Positions 39,381 through 52,574 are shown, counted from the stretch's first letter. The stretch is 64,000 nucleotides of DNA from Octopus sinensis (GCF_006345805.1 NC_043002.1:57226001-57290000); one strand, 5' to 3'. Program-made: numbers and translations. Notes: a model not told the origin generated them from the letters alone.

Positions 39381-42115
39381 TGTTGTTGGTATCCTTTTTG
39401 TCTCGGGAGACAATGGAGTTGCGCATAAAATAATCTAGTCCGGCTTTTACATTTCATGTCCTAATACATCTCCTGCTGTGGCTGTGTAGTCCTATCCTGG
39501 ACAAACACTCCCTCTGGCAGGTGCCGCAAATGTAGCGAAGACTGCCTGGCTGGTTGTAATGTCATACTTTCGTGTTGACGTCTTTTCTTGTCTTTCCATT
39601 TATCCTCTCCCTCTATATCACTCCTTTGTGTTCCCTCTTTTACGGTACGTCGCCAATCTCCACGGTTGCTGGCAGCTGCTTCCCAGTTGGTAATATTGAT
39701 GTTGCCGGCATTCATGTCCCTTTTGCAAACATCCTTGTATCGTAAGAACGGTCTTCCCGCAGTCCTAGTGCCCCTAGCAAGCTCTCCGTTGAGTATGTCC
39801 TTGGGGATTCTGCCATCTTCCATACGGCTAACATGTCGAAGCCATCTCATACGTCTTTGTGTGAGGAGTGTAAACATGTTTGGTATTCCTGCTTGCGTGA
39901 GGACATCTTTGTTGGTGACATGATTCTGCCATTTGATGCGAAGGATTTTCCGGAGGCAGCGCAGGTGAAAGATATTTAGGCGACGTATGGCGTCGTATGG
40001 CGTGTGTATGGCGTCCAAGTCTCACTTCCATACAGTAGAGTGCTAAGTACACATGCCTGGTAAATCTTCATTTTTGTGGTCTTGATCAGCTTATTGTTGT
40101 CCCATGCCCGTTTGGAGAGTTGGGCCATCATAGCAGCTGCCTTGCCAATGCGTATATTGAGCTCAGTATCAAGGGATAGGTTGTAGGTGACAGTAGAGCG
40201 AAGATAGGTAAACTTCTCCACCTCCTGTAGTCTGTGGTCTCCAAAATGTATGTTTGGGATGGTCGATGTAGCCTGACCCATGATGTTGGTCTTCTTGAGG
40301 CTGATAAATAAGCCAAAGTTGCCACATGCTTGCTCAAAACATTTGATGAGCCTTTGTAGGGCTTCTTCTGTGTGTGATACCAGTGCGGCATCATAAGCAA
40401 ATAGCATCTCCTTGATCAGGACGCTTCTGAGTTTAGTCATGGCACGCAGATGCGAGAGATTGAACAGTTTCCCATCACTTCTACTGTGCAGAAACACTCC
40501 ATCATCTGATGTCACAAAGGCATGTGACAGCAGCAGCGAGAAGAAGATGCCAAATAATGTAGGAGCAAGGACACAATCTTGCTTTACACTATTTTTTATT
40601 TGGAAGACGGCTGATGTTGAACCATTGTGCTGTATGGTGCCTTGCATATCGTCATGGAAAGATGTGATGATCCTCAGCAGCATTGGTGGACATCCAATTT
40701 TTTGGAGCAGGATGAAGAGGCCTTTTCTACTTACCAAGTCAAAGGCCTTTGTCAGATCAATGAAGGCCATATATAATGGCATTTTCTGCTCTCTGGACTT
40801 CTCCTAAAGTTGGCGTATGGAAAAATCATGTCAATAGTTGATCTGCATCTTCTAAAGCCACACTGCGATTCTGGATAAATTCGAGAAGCAAGCAGTTGCA
40901 GCCTGGACAGGATAATGCGAGCAGAGGCCTTTCCAACAGTGCTTAGAAGAGATATTCCACGGTAATTGTTACAATCACCACGGTCACCTTTGTTTTTGTA
41001 AAGCGTAATGATGTTAGCATCCCACATATCCTGAGGGACTGTACCCTCTTCCCAGCACTGACACAGAAGCTCATGAATGTGCCGAAGCAGGATGGTGTTT
41101 TTGCCGGTTTTGATGATCTCTAAGGGGATGCCGTCTTTTCCCGGAGCCTTGTTACTTGCTAGGGAGTCAATAGCCTTGGTGAGCTCTGCTATAGATGGCA
41201 GACTGTCAAGTTCACACATGACTGGTAAGATCTTGACACTCTCGATTGCAGCCTCAGCTACCGTGGTCTCTCGTGAGTAGAGATCCTGGTAGTACTCCAC
41301 CCAACTATCCATTTGCTTGCTTTGGTCCTTGATGAGACCAGTAGTTGATTTCAGGGGGGCTGACTTGGCTGCAGATGAACCGAGGGCCTTCTTCAAACCG
41401 GCATACACCCCACGGGTGTCGCCACTGTCAGTAGCTGACTGGATACTCTGACAGATTTCCTGCCAATACCTATTTGCACAGCGTCTGGCAGTCAGTTGGG
41501 TTTTATTTCTTGCCTTTCTGAGTTCTTCGAGTGACTTTATAGAAGAATCACTCTTGTATTACGTAAGAGCTGCACGCTTTGTTTCGATAACTGTTTCCAG
41601 CTCTGAGAGCCCAGCACTGAACAAAATCTGGGTTTTACTTTTCTCTCATGCCGAAAGTATCTATTGATGTGGTATACAAAGCTTCCCTGGTATAATTCCA
41701 CCTACTTTCAGCAGAGGTGGTTGGGCAGCTACTGAGGGCAACTTTGATAGAAACAGTAAAACATTGTCGCAGTGTAGGGTCGGAGGTTCTGGCAGTGTTA
41801 ATGCGTGGTCGGCCCATTTTTTGGAGTGATGGACTTTTTAGTCAGAATCCTCACCCTGCTTCTTATTAGTGAATGATCTGTTTCACAATCCGCGCTGTGG
41901 TAACTACGAGTCAGTTGAACAGAATTCAGAAAGGGTCTTCGTGTAATGATGAGATCCAGCTGATGCCAGTAGTGAGATCTTGGATGTCTCCAAGATGCCT
42001 TGAGGGATGTCTTGTTGGCAAAGAATGTGTTAGTGATGCACTGGTTATGGTATGTGCAACATTCAAGTAGTCTCTGGCCATTGTCATTCATGTTGCCAAT
42101 ACCATTCATGTTGCC
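39381..42115 (-). mobile_element. 5'-truncated RTE-clade LINE (APE + RT pseudogene)
   Basis: ORFs 41798-42109 (NDNGQRLL, WHQLD, TDH), 40752-41408 (KAPGKDGIP, NYRGISLL, PESQCGFR), 39976-40782 (FIDLTKAFD, VKQDCVLAP, LFAYD), 39461-40018. 3' stem-loop ttgtctcgggagacaa and short (CAA)n tail. Confidence 0.95.
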
Positions 42116-42183
42116 ACATACACTTACATATATACATACATATATATACGATCGATTTGTTTCAGTTCCTGTCTACGAAATCC

Positions 42184-42243
<60 letters not shown>

Positions 42244-42835
42244 TGCATACACACACATGCATACATATATATTTGGAATTACAAAAGAAACGAACAAAAG
42301 ACGAAGACGGGTATGTAAAGAGCAAACAGGTTTATTAGTTTAACGCTCCGGACTTAGGAACATTTATATAGGGAGTACTACTGATTTTAAAATTAGATAT
42401 AGGGGACACAAAATTCATTTATTCACCCCTATATAAAAAATTACAGGCATTTTAGTATGTTGTAAGCATAAATATTTAGCGTCTTATAATTTTCTTAAAT
42501 TTAAATATATTTTTTTAGAATATAAAAGCTTTTTGAAAATACGGTCCAATTAGATCATTAGATCCAATGAACACTTATGCACAAACCTTAAATTATTTTT
42601 TTTTATTATACAGAGTGGAATATTCCAATTGGCTATTATTTGCATGATTAACTAAATTTAACCTTTCAATGATTTTCATTTCTTATTTAAACGTGGTAAT
42701 TCCCTTGAAAATCTGCAGAATCATCATACGATGCTGTCACTTATTCGTCGATACTCAAAAACTGAACTTCCACCAACTGAATACTCACCATGTAGTGCCT
42801 GACGGCTTTTTGTTGGATTTTACCTTGAGAAAGGA

Positions 42836-42902
42836 ACCCTGAAGAAGGAGGGCTGAATTTTGAATACTTCGTACAACCACTTTTCTGAAACGGCTGCAGG
42901 TT
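42836..42902 (+). ncRNA. Degenerate hammerhead-like motif
   Basis: aacc-CTGAAGA-aggag..long imperfect stem II..ttttct-GAAA-cggctg-CA-ggtt; the conserved U16.1 is a C. Confidence 0.35.
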
Positions 42903-42984
42903 AGGAAAATAATTTGTAATCGCCTCTTTCAATTTAGGTTTTTATTTTTCATGTTTATATTCGTATTTCATTGTCATGTTTATA

Positions 42985-43534
42985 TTGATTGTCCGGAAAG
43001 TTCGTTCCGATTTTTAAAGGAAAGTAAAAGGTCTCTAAATACTTGCCATTACATTTTTAATGAACCAAATCTGAACCATTTCGTTGCACAATACGTCTCC
43101 ATCTTTTCTTTACCTTGAAAATACCCTCTTCCCAGAATTGGGGTGGTTTCAAGGCAAAGAATTCATCAAGGTATCTTTTTACGTCATCTAAGGAATTGAA
43201 ATTTTCACCATTAAGACTATTCTGCAGATACCTGAATAAGTGGAAATCCGGAGTAATAGCTGGGGAATATGGAGGGTGGGGTAACACATCCCAGCCGAGC
43301 TGCAGCAATTACTGTCTGGTTCCCAAAGCATCAAGTGCCGAAAATGAACTTTCTCATCTTTTATTTTAAAGGGTTACAGGATTAACACAGGTTATAGGAA
43401 CATAAACCTTCTTCCACGAAAAGATAGCTTAAACTGTGCTCTAAATGGAAGTGTAGTCAAATCCTATTTTATGGACGAAAATAAGTCGAAAGATAAGCTA
43501 CTATAAATCGGCACGAACTTTCCGAACAACCCAA
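42985..43534 (-). mobile_element. Internally deleted mariner (~550 bp)
   Basis: TA-flanked inverted ends ttgattgtccggaaagttcgttccgatt / aatcggcacgaactttccgaacaacccaa. ORF 43057-43308 has LPHPPYSP..DFHLF; the N-terminal EKVHFRH piece is fused directly to this C-terminal piece. Confidence 0.9.
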
Positions 43535-43801
43535 TATTTCTATATTTTTATCATGAAACTCTTAACATAAATATGTGTATATTCGTATGGAATAATACCT
43601 CATGTGCTACATCTGAATTTTCTTGTCTGAATGTTTTAAGACAAATATCCGAAATTTTTATCGTATACCACATTTTATTAATACTTAGCTCAAAATCGGA
43701 GACAAAAATGTACTATATACTGCAGGTTATCTCCATTAAAATTCTCGTATTATATACATTATATATAAAATATAATATATATTTTCGCCAGTGTATATAT
43801 C

Positions 43802-46324
43802 TCAGGTCATCTCATAAGTTCTGTTCGAATTTTGGATAAAGAATCCAAGTGATCGAATGTTATATTTAATTGAAAGTTAATCATCAATGTACTTACCCTG
43901 ATTATCTATGACTTACTTCCATCTATTTACAAGCTTTTTAATCCCATCAATGTAAAACTCTTTTGGTTTCAAAGCTTCGACCTCCTCCTGACTTGCGAAA
44001 GTTAAGTCCCCCTAATAATTCTGTAAACTATGAAACAAATGATATCCTGAAGGAGTAAGGTCGGGAGAATAAGTTGGATGAAGAAATGTTTCCAAACCGA
44101 CCTCTTCGATCTTCTGTAATGTGATCTTTGCAGTGTGGGGTTGTGCATTGTTCTGATGAAACATCACTCGTTTTCGACTCACTAAAGCGGATCTTTTTTC
44201 CTTCAAAGCTTGGTTCAAACGCTCTAATTGCTGACAGTAGACTTGAGCATTGATTGTTGCATTAGGTGGTAACAATATGAAATGAATTACGCCTTTGCAA
44301 TCGCACCAGATAGAGTAGAACCTTTTCCCCATGAAGTTCCCTTCTCGGTTGTGGTTGAGCATTTTCCCATTTACCAAGCCACTGTTTACGACGTTTAACA
44401 TTTCGATAGAAAATCCATTTTTCGTCACAAGTCTATCGAACAAGGGTGAAATGAGTTTGCGAGAATGGAGAGAAGAGTAGATGTCAACTCGGGATTTGCG
44501 GTTGCTTTCGGGCAATTCATGAGGCACCCATTTTCCAAGTTTAGGAATATTTCCACGTTGTTGAAGATGACGATGAACTGTTGTATTGTTTGAAGTAAGC
44601 TTTATTGCCAATTCTTCAACTGATAATGACGGATTTTCTTCAAGTAATGCCTCAAGGAGCTTATCATCAAACTCAACTGGACGTCCTATTCGATCTTCAT
44701 CTTCAATTTTGAAAACGATCTCCTGCAAGTTCTTTCATTCAAGCACTTTCCCATAAACTGAGTGTATGTTTCGAGTCACCTCGGCTGCAGAGTTACCTTT
44801 ATTGTACTCATAAAGAATTATATGTGCCTTAAATGCTCCTTGGATACTTCCATGTTGAAAGGGTTTTAATCAAAGCAATTTTAGGGTGTCCACGAAGTCT
44901 GGGTACATGGAATAAAATCATAACATAAACAAATATAAGAAATAATAATTTTCCTTTTTTACTTTTGTTTAAATTAAATAAAAACAAATACTTTACTTTT
45001 CTGAATTTATTTGTTATTTTTCCTACAGATGATCGAATGATGGCTCTGTCTAAAGAAGAAAGAATCCCAGATCGAATGATGGATCTGCCTAAAGAAGAAA
45101 GAATCGAGTTAGTATTATTAAGTGGACGAGAGAGATGGTCTTATCGCAAAATTGCAGAATTTAATCTTCGACACCCTTGTAGGCAACCTATTTTTTTTAC
45201 TGCCGTCGGGAAATTGATCAAGAAATTTAAAGAAACAGGCAGTGTTTTGGATAAACCCCGTTCTGGGCGACCAAAGACTTCAGATGAAACGAAAGAGGCT
45301 GTCATGGCTAAATTTTCTGCTAGCCCAAAGAAATCACTTCGTCGGACATCCACGGTGTTAGGTGTTCCAAAACCAACCATCCACAAAATGCTGGTTGAGG
45401 AAAAGTTTCATCGATACAACCTACAGATATTGCATCACTTAAATGAAGACGACCCTGATAGACGAATGTAGACGTGCGAATTGTTTTCAGATAAATTGAA
45501 TGAAAATATCAATTTACGAAAAACTTTGTGTTGTTCAGTGACAAAGCTACGTTTTATGTAAATGGTGAGGTCAACAGACAGAATCTTCTATACTGGTCTC
45601 AAGGTAATCCACATTGGATGGATCCATCCAAGCAGCAAGGCAGCAAAAAGGTGATGGTGTGGTGTGGTTTGTGGAAAGCTCATGTTCTAGGACCCTTCTT
45701 CATTGAACATGTAACGGATGAGACATGTGTAAACATATTGAGAGACAAATTAATATCTCAAATTGAGCGCCTAGGCGGGGACCTTCCGAATTGATTTCAG
45801 CAGGATGGGCTTAATGACATTTTTCCTCACTGGATTGGAAGAAGGACTCATATGGAAAGGTCCCCTCGTTCACCAGACCTTTCTCCCCTTGATTTCTTTT
45901 TCTGGAGTATGTTGAAAGGGAAAGATTATAATAAAGATTACAGATTTAAAACACCTGAGAGAACGCATTACCAGTCAGTGTGCTGAAATTGATGGCAATG
46001 TAGACTTATTTAATCAAGTTCACCTGAATTTTGCAAGGCGAATCAAGTTATGCATTGGAAATGATGGAAATCACTTTGAAAATATTATTTATTAACATTA
46101 TAATAAAATAATTTTGTTTTGTTTTAAAAGTATGTGTTAATCCCCATGTACGCAGACTTTGTGGACACCCTCTATTATTTTGTAAAACAATATTGAATTA
46201 GTTTAAATGTACACAAATGCATAAAAATAATTTTTAATTGAATTAGACATTTGAAAATACTATTAAATTTCATTCAAATCTAAATAAAAAGGTAAAATTG
46301 GACAGAACTGATTGGATGACATGA
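43802..46324 (-). mobile_element. Mariner transposon (outer element) split by a nested insertion
   Basis: Inverted ends tcaggtcatctcataagttctgttcg / ggacagaactgattggatgacatga-ta. Transposase from ATG ~44853 (MEVSKEHLRHIILYEY) with WVPHEL, HQNNAQPH and YSPDLTPS. Confidence 0.9.
44882..46172 (+). mobile_element. Nested Tc1/mariner-superfamily transposon, DD41D (rosa/VS)-like, decayed
   Basis: Inverted ends agggtgtccacgaagtctgggtacatgg / ccatgtacgcagactttgtggacaccct. Motifs LFSDKATFYVNGEVNRQN..YW, FQQDG, PRSPDLSPLDFFFW. A deletion after QQDG prevents counting the D-D spacer. Confidence 0.85.
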
Positions 46325-47037
46325 TATATAATCTATGATATTCTAGTAGGTTTCAAGTTTATAACACCTTGATATCTCATGTTATCTCATTTTATATGCC
46401 TAAGACGTTTATTTTCTATTCTGGTTTTTATATATTTCTATACATTATATTTTTATCTATAATTTATTTTAAGCCGAATCATAATACGATCCTTGTACAA
46501 ACGAAAGAACAAGAATGTCCTCTGGAACTTTTATCTTCCACCAGTGTTTGTAATAGATGGTGACATGTGCGATGATTTTGCGACTTTTTACAGAGAAATT
46601 GTATTTTACAGAGAAATTGGAAGCCCCGAATGTAAGCCACCACTTTATGCATAATACAATATTTATAGTTCTCTATTTCTAACTCAAATTCTGTCCTCAA
46701 TACTTATAGATCTCTATTTCTAAATGTAATTCTTTTTCTTCTCGTTCAGTTTATAACTATAACACGCATTCTTGTCTGTCTCTTGACAACGCTTTCTTTC
46801 TCCAGCGTTCACCACTTCACCTCGTTAGGGTTAAACAGCCCTTACCGAATGTTTTCACTGTCCTGTTTTTGTTAGCAGCTTTGACGTTCCACGTATCTCA
46901 AATTTTATTTAATTTGCTTTGCGGAAGCAATTGCTTTGACGAAGACGCATCTTGTGTCACTGCTCGCAATGCGGAGTATGTAAATATGCCAACAATTGAG
47001 GAAGGATTGCTTTTTATGCTGCCTTCGCACTATAGTT

Positions 47038-47320
47038 CTCTCTATATATAATGGAAATTATTCCAACCCAACCCAACCCAACGTGGGCTGGTAGCTGTGT
47101 ACATTCGCCCCAATGTCGCGAGCTCTGGTCGCCATGGCGTCGACTGTGGGCTGGTAGCTGTGTACAGTCGTCCCAATGTCGCCCAGAGATTTGCCCATGA
47201 CACTCCATGGACCCTAAGTAAGGCATGTGTAAAATTTGAATGAAATTGGTTGTGTAGTTCTCAAGTTTTAGGGGTTCACACAGACAGACAGACACACATT
47301 CTCAGTTTCATATATATCGA
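47038..47320. mobile_element. Helitron 5'-end fragments (plus-strand start joined to a minus-strand 5' end)
   Basis: tctctatatataatgg start; ~47205-47315 is nearly identical to ~48258-48370. Confidence 0.55.
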
Positions 47321-47324
47321 TATA

Positions 47325-47900
47325 CTAGCATTATGACCCTGTTGTTGCCAGGTTATGGTGCTAGTGCATGTATATATGTGTAGATATATGTGTATATATT
47401 ACATGTACATCTATATATATATATACATCTACACATAAAATATAAATTACAAAGTTATATCTTGATATCGCTAGTGATAACAATACTCAAAATATATAAC
47501 GGACTGGAATTGTAGGCCCGTCTCTTGCAATTTCGATCAATTGGATCTTGTCCTCCCTCTTGTATAGAAGTGTACGGCTACATCGAAATTCATTTTTGAA
47601 CTTTCTTCTAACGAAGGCATTTTAACAAAAATGCTTCTGTAAAGACGGTGAAAATATTGTCAATTTCCCCAAACAGGGACACAATTCAATTTTTAAACAA
47701 TAACCGAAAGGGGAAGGGTTACGGTTTACAATTATTTAACAAATGCAACACAACAACGTTTCCCTGACGAGGAACCAAAAATGTGATTACAATAGTCAAA
47801 TAGTAATAATATTAACAACAAACCTTTTTAATTTATCCCCATTTATGTGAAACCACTTATTCAAGTTCAAGTTATTGATGCAATTTTATACGAATTGCTA

Positions 47901-47961
<61 letters not shown>

Positions 47962-48374
47962 AAAGGTGAAAAATTGAATATTAATTTGATTAATATGAAT
48001 TGAAAACCAGAGGTGTAGCATATAAGACCCTAGCAGATCTTCTAGCAAAATGGATGACCACTGTTAATGGTTCATCCCTGTTATATAATACTTTCACTTT
48101 AATAGTTTCAGTATTAAAGTGAAAGTATCTGACATTACAATAGAGAGATGTTTTTATTTCACTTTTAACACGTAATACTGAAATAGTGGAGAACATATGA
48201 TATTGCTGTGGGGTCGCCCTAGGGAAAAAGTTAAAATTTTTTTAACCGATGACACTCCCCGGACCTTAAGTAAGGCATGTGTAAAATTTGAATGAAATTG
48301 GTTGTGTAGTTCTCAAGTTTTAGGGAAACACACAGACAGACAGACACACATTCTCAGTTTTATATATATAGAGA
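47325..48374 (-). mobile_element. Non-autonomous Helitron
   Basis: Minus-strand 5' a|TCTCTATATATATAAAACTGAGAATGTGTGTCTGTCTG; 3' end hairpin aacctggcaacaacagggtc followed by CTAG|t. Confidence 0.75.
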
Positions 48375-48535
48375 TAAAGATATATATGTCTTTATATATA
48401 TATAGATATATATAATATATAGATATAAAGATATATATGTCTTTATATATATGTATATATATACACACATATATATAAAGATATATATATCTTATATCTG
48501 TATATTTATATATACATGTATGTATATATATATGC

Positions 48536-48573
<38 letters not shown>

Positions 48574-49356
48574 CAAAGGAATTCGAACTCTGTCTGTTTT
48601 CTATGTTTTATTTATATTCTTTATAATATTAATGTAGAATATAGAATATATAGTAAAATGAAATGAAGTATTGATTATCTTATTGAATAGATGAAATACT
48701 GAATATAAAATATTAAGGGACTAGTATGCTTTCTTGCATTAAAGTAGTCTTCAAGGTCCCAGGTTGTGACAGGAGTGTTTCAATATATATATATCTATGG
48801 ATGTATACACGCGCCCAAACAAACATATATAATCATGATAAACAAATAAAATGATAAGACTTTTTACCACCAAGCATTTGAACTCTGAACATAAATATGA
48901 TGTCACAGAATACCGCACTACATGGCTTCTTCCGCTCCCCATTACATTGACAATCATGAAACAACACAATAAGTATTAATAATGAATATCTAAAAACGCC
49001 ATTGCTGATCTGCGTTGTATTGACTCGATAAGTGAGGTAGCGTTACATAGAACAATGGCGGAATGAAAGCGTTATGATGTAATTTTGTTGGCAATGGCCC
49101 AAGATATTTGATAGGAAATGGTGCAGGAGGACAGGAAACACGAAAGCAAATGTAATCTGCTTCATTTCTTTCACGCCACGCCCTCTCTTTCTCTTTCCTT
49201 GTATACATACACACACATCTATGTATATGCACATATGCCTATATATATATATATATATATATAAATACATATACATATATATATATATATATATGTATGT
49301 GAGTGTGCGTGCACATATAGGCACATACACACATACATACACACAATCATTCATAC

Positions 49357-49394
<38 letters not shown>

Positions 49395-49607
49395 ATTGAT
49401 AATAAAAGGGTAAAATTAATTAATTAATTAATTAATTAATTAATTAAGCAATCAATTAATTAATAATTTTATAATTAATAATTTTACGAAATAGATCGGT
49501 ACGTTAAAATAACCTTTTAGGTAAAATTATACAAATATTCTAATTCTAATTATGTTTATAATTATAGAATATTTGTATACACACATACACATACACACGC
49601 ACACACA

Positions 49608-49648
49608 CCAACATCGGTTGTCAAGTGATGGAGTGGGAAGGAACACAG

Positions 49649-49717
<69 letters not shown>

Positions 49718-49841
49718 CGACGGGTTTCTTTCAGTTTCCATCTATGAAATCCACTCACAAAGCTTTGGTCGGCCCGTGAGTACGGTGGAAGACACTTTCC
49801 CAAGGTGCCACGCAGTGGGACTGAACCCGGAACCATGTGGC
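49608..49841 (-). mobile_element. SINE family A internal fragment
   Basis: acgacgggtttctttcagtttcc..ccaaggtgccacgcagtgggactgaacccggaaccatgtgg. Confidence 0.85.
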
Positions 49842-49940
49842 TTATAATATATATATAGTGAATACAAAGAAGAACAAACAAGAAAAGGGTGTGGTACAAG
49901 TACTGTATTATCTGACGCTCAGGAAAGGAAAGAAAGAGGA

Positions 49941-49973
49941 CTTTACGTTTCGAGCAAAGCTCTTCTTCAGAAA
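49941..49973 (-). ncRNA. Minimal hammerhead ribozyme motif in a probable Penelope-type terminal fragment
   Basis: Minus strand ttt-CTGAAGA-a-gagc ttt gctc-GAAA-cg-TA-aag: intact core, 4-bp stem II, ACGU palindromic stem III, weak stem I. Confidence 0.55.
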
Positions 49974-50036
49974 TAGAGGAAAGTGCAAAAAAAAAGGGTA
50001 AGACGGAGGAAGAAAATCGCCAACAATTCACAGGTG

Positions 50037-50128
<92 letters not shown>

Positions 50129-50371
50129 GCACTAATTGAATAGCTCATTGTTACCGGACAATTTTTACAATAGAATGCCTTTATTTCAATTCTTTTTATT
50201 CCATGTCAGACTATGTCTTCCAGACGGATAAACCTCTTATCAAGACGGATTTCTGCATTATTTGAGGCAATTTAAAATGTATCGATAAACGAAGTACTTT
50301 GTTTTATCATTTGGTTCATAGATGTTAAATTATTTTTTTCTTTACTTCCTACTCTTCAATGTTCAATGTTA

Positions 50372-50510
50372 AGCTGGCCGTGGGTAAAGCAGGCCACTTC
50401 AAGATAAAAACCGGTAGCCGAAAATGTTTGCTCTTTCGATTTGTTGATGGCCATGGCAAAACAAAGACTCACTGGAAATTGAAGTCGTTTGAATTGAAAT
50501 GAGACGTCGT
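50372..50510 (-). pseudogene. Helitron PIF1-like helicase fragment
   Basis: FQFKRLQFPVSLCFAMAINKSKEQTFS..CFTHGQL matches Helitron helicase motifs (RxQFPxxLxFAMTINKSQGQT..FxHGQLYV). Confidence 0.85.
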
Positions 50511-51028
50511 CTCCTGAGTCTGTGCGACGGATGCTCATTTATGCGCTTATCATCTCATCGAAGCATCCTATACTTGGACAAGCCCTGGGAACAACCGACG
50601 GAGGTTCGCATGTCATGAAGTCCATTCTTTCTCTGTTTGGGTGGCTCCTGAGCTCGCCGCTGATGCTTTGTGAGGGGCTTTCGACTCAGTTACCCCTATG
50701 TGTGTGTCTGTGTGAGAGAGATATGAATATATATATATATATAAATATATATATGGTTTACTGAACAACCGGCACTTTGGCTTGTTTAAAGTGGTCATTG
50801 CTTGTGCTGAACAAAGCACACTCTCTCCATCGAATTATCATGGTCTGTACAGGTGCACGGTGTGCCACACGTCAGATGATAAAACGATCGCAGGATTTTC
50901 TTGTAAGAGTGTTCCTTCTCTAGATCAGTCAGTTGTGAGAGTCAACACTAAAGGGTATGATCCACTCTGGTAGGCTTTCTACGCGCCGGGCACACCCAGG
51001 TATTTTCTAAGTCAAATAATATATATCG

Positions 51029-51060
<32 letters not shown>

Positions 51061-52574
51061 TATATATAGATAAATAGATAGACGTGATTATGTACATATA
51101 TACACGTAGGTCCAGAAAGCATCTTAGTGTCAAATCCGAAGCAAATCTCTTCTAAAGAACTCCCTAAATATTGAAGGGAATTTAAGGGCTGTTTCAGAGT
51201 TATGGCACTTGTCTAAGCATGAGTAAACTTTACCGAGAAGCGAGTCGTATTAGACATTGCTCATCATGAGGCATAACTAAGAAAATTCAAGGTAATTTAT
51301 CGTTAGGTGTGCCATTCGGAAAGTGTTGCGGCTGCAGGTTGCTCATGATTGTTCTTGCTTGTGAAACTAAAGTAAAGCCTCAGAAAAAACAAGAATTATT
51401 CCATTGAAACAGATATATTAAATAGCTTATTATTCCAGGTTTATGCAGGATTTCAGCAAATTAGCCTTTCTTTTCTCTTCAACTGGTGATTAGAGGTATG
51501 TTCACCGCCATTAATTCACCATGAAGAAAGTTAACCGCGTGAAAAATTTGCTGAGAAAATATATCTATAGTATCCAACCATTAATAGTAAAAAACTATTT
51601 TATTAAAGAAAACAAAAAAACCAAATGAATTGATGACAGCGAATTTTTCTTGCGTTTATGACGCTTGTCCAAGCATGAGTAAACTTTACGGTGAATTCAC
51701 CGGATATGTCAACTGGTATTTAAAGGTAGAGATGTTTAGGTAGTTAACTTCTTACTGCTGTGGTTAGGTCAGGGCTCGTCAAAGTTCTTATATCAGTGAC
51801 TTCTTCATGGAATCGTTGATAGCTTATTGACCTTCATCATGCAAGTTTCTAAAATAAAATTAAAAGTATAATTAATAAAAATTTATTGATTTTCAAAAGC
51901 AATAATTCCATAGTTCTTTTGTATCATTACCTCAATTTATTAAGAAATAAAGAGGAAATTTAATGAAAATATTTAATGAATTGCAATCCTGTTATATTGA
52001 TATAGTCAGAATGTTTAATGAGAAATTTATGTCTGTTGAATACTAATTAATATTGCATTGATATTTGGGTAGAAATTAAAGAGTTTTAGACTTAGTTTAC
52101 TGCCCCTCTCAGATTCAAGACCCTTAATGCTCAAAATTGTTTCAGGTGTTCATTGATCCCAGCGGTCAATATGGACCACTTTACTGGCCCCTAGGTTAGC
52201 CAGTAGACCTTGTTCAACGCTATACTGAATAAAAGATGTTAAAATGGTCATAAATTAGAATCAGATGCTAATACTACCGAGGCAAATTCGTGACTCCTAA
52301 AGCGATCAGTTAATTTAATATGAAATTCATTAATTTAATATGTTCACAAAGACAAAAAGCAACATACACACATATAGGTTATGTACGTGAATACATCAAC
52401 AGTGTATGAGCGTAACGTTATACATATCTATCTTTCATATTACCTCTTCCATCTACCCTTCATACAGTGCCACATCTCTTGTCTTGCCACCACACCAAAT
52501 GTTCATTCACATTACTCAACCTATGAAAGGGACACCCTACCAAAGACTATATAAACTTGAGAAATCAAAGTAAA

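Noticed and set aside
44012-44728. SETMAR-like host gene
   Set aside because: Mariner transposase only, frameshifted, with terminal repeats and no SET domain; a transposon fossil.
50200-50250. Another hammerhead-like motif on the minus strand (ttgataa..ggaagacatagtc)
   Set aside because: Several core positions deviate and the stems do not register.
50356-50538. Host PIF1 helicase exon
   Set aside because: Isolated fragment with substitutions in the conserved TINKSQGQ motif and no other exons; Helitron debris is the simpler explanation.
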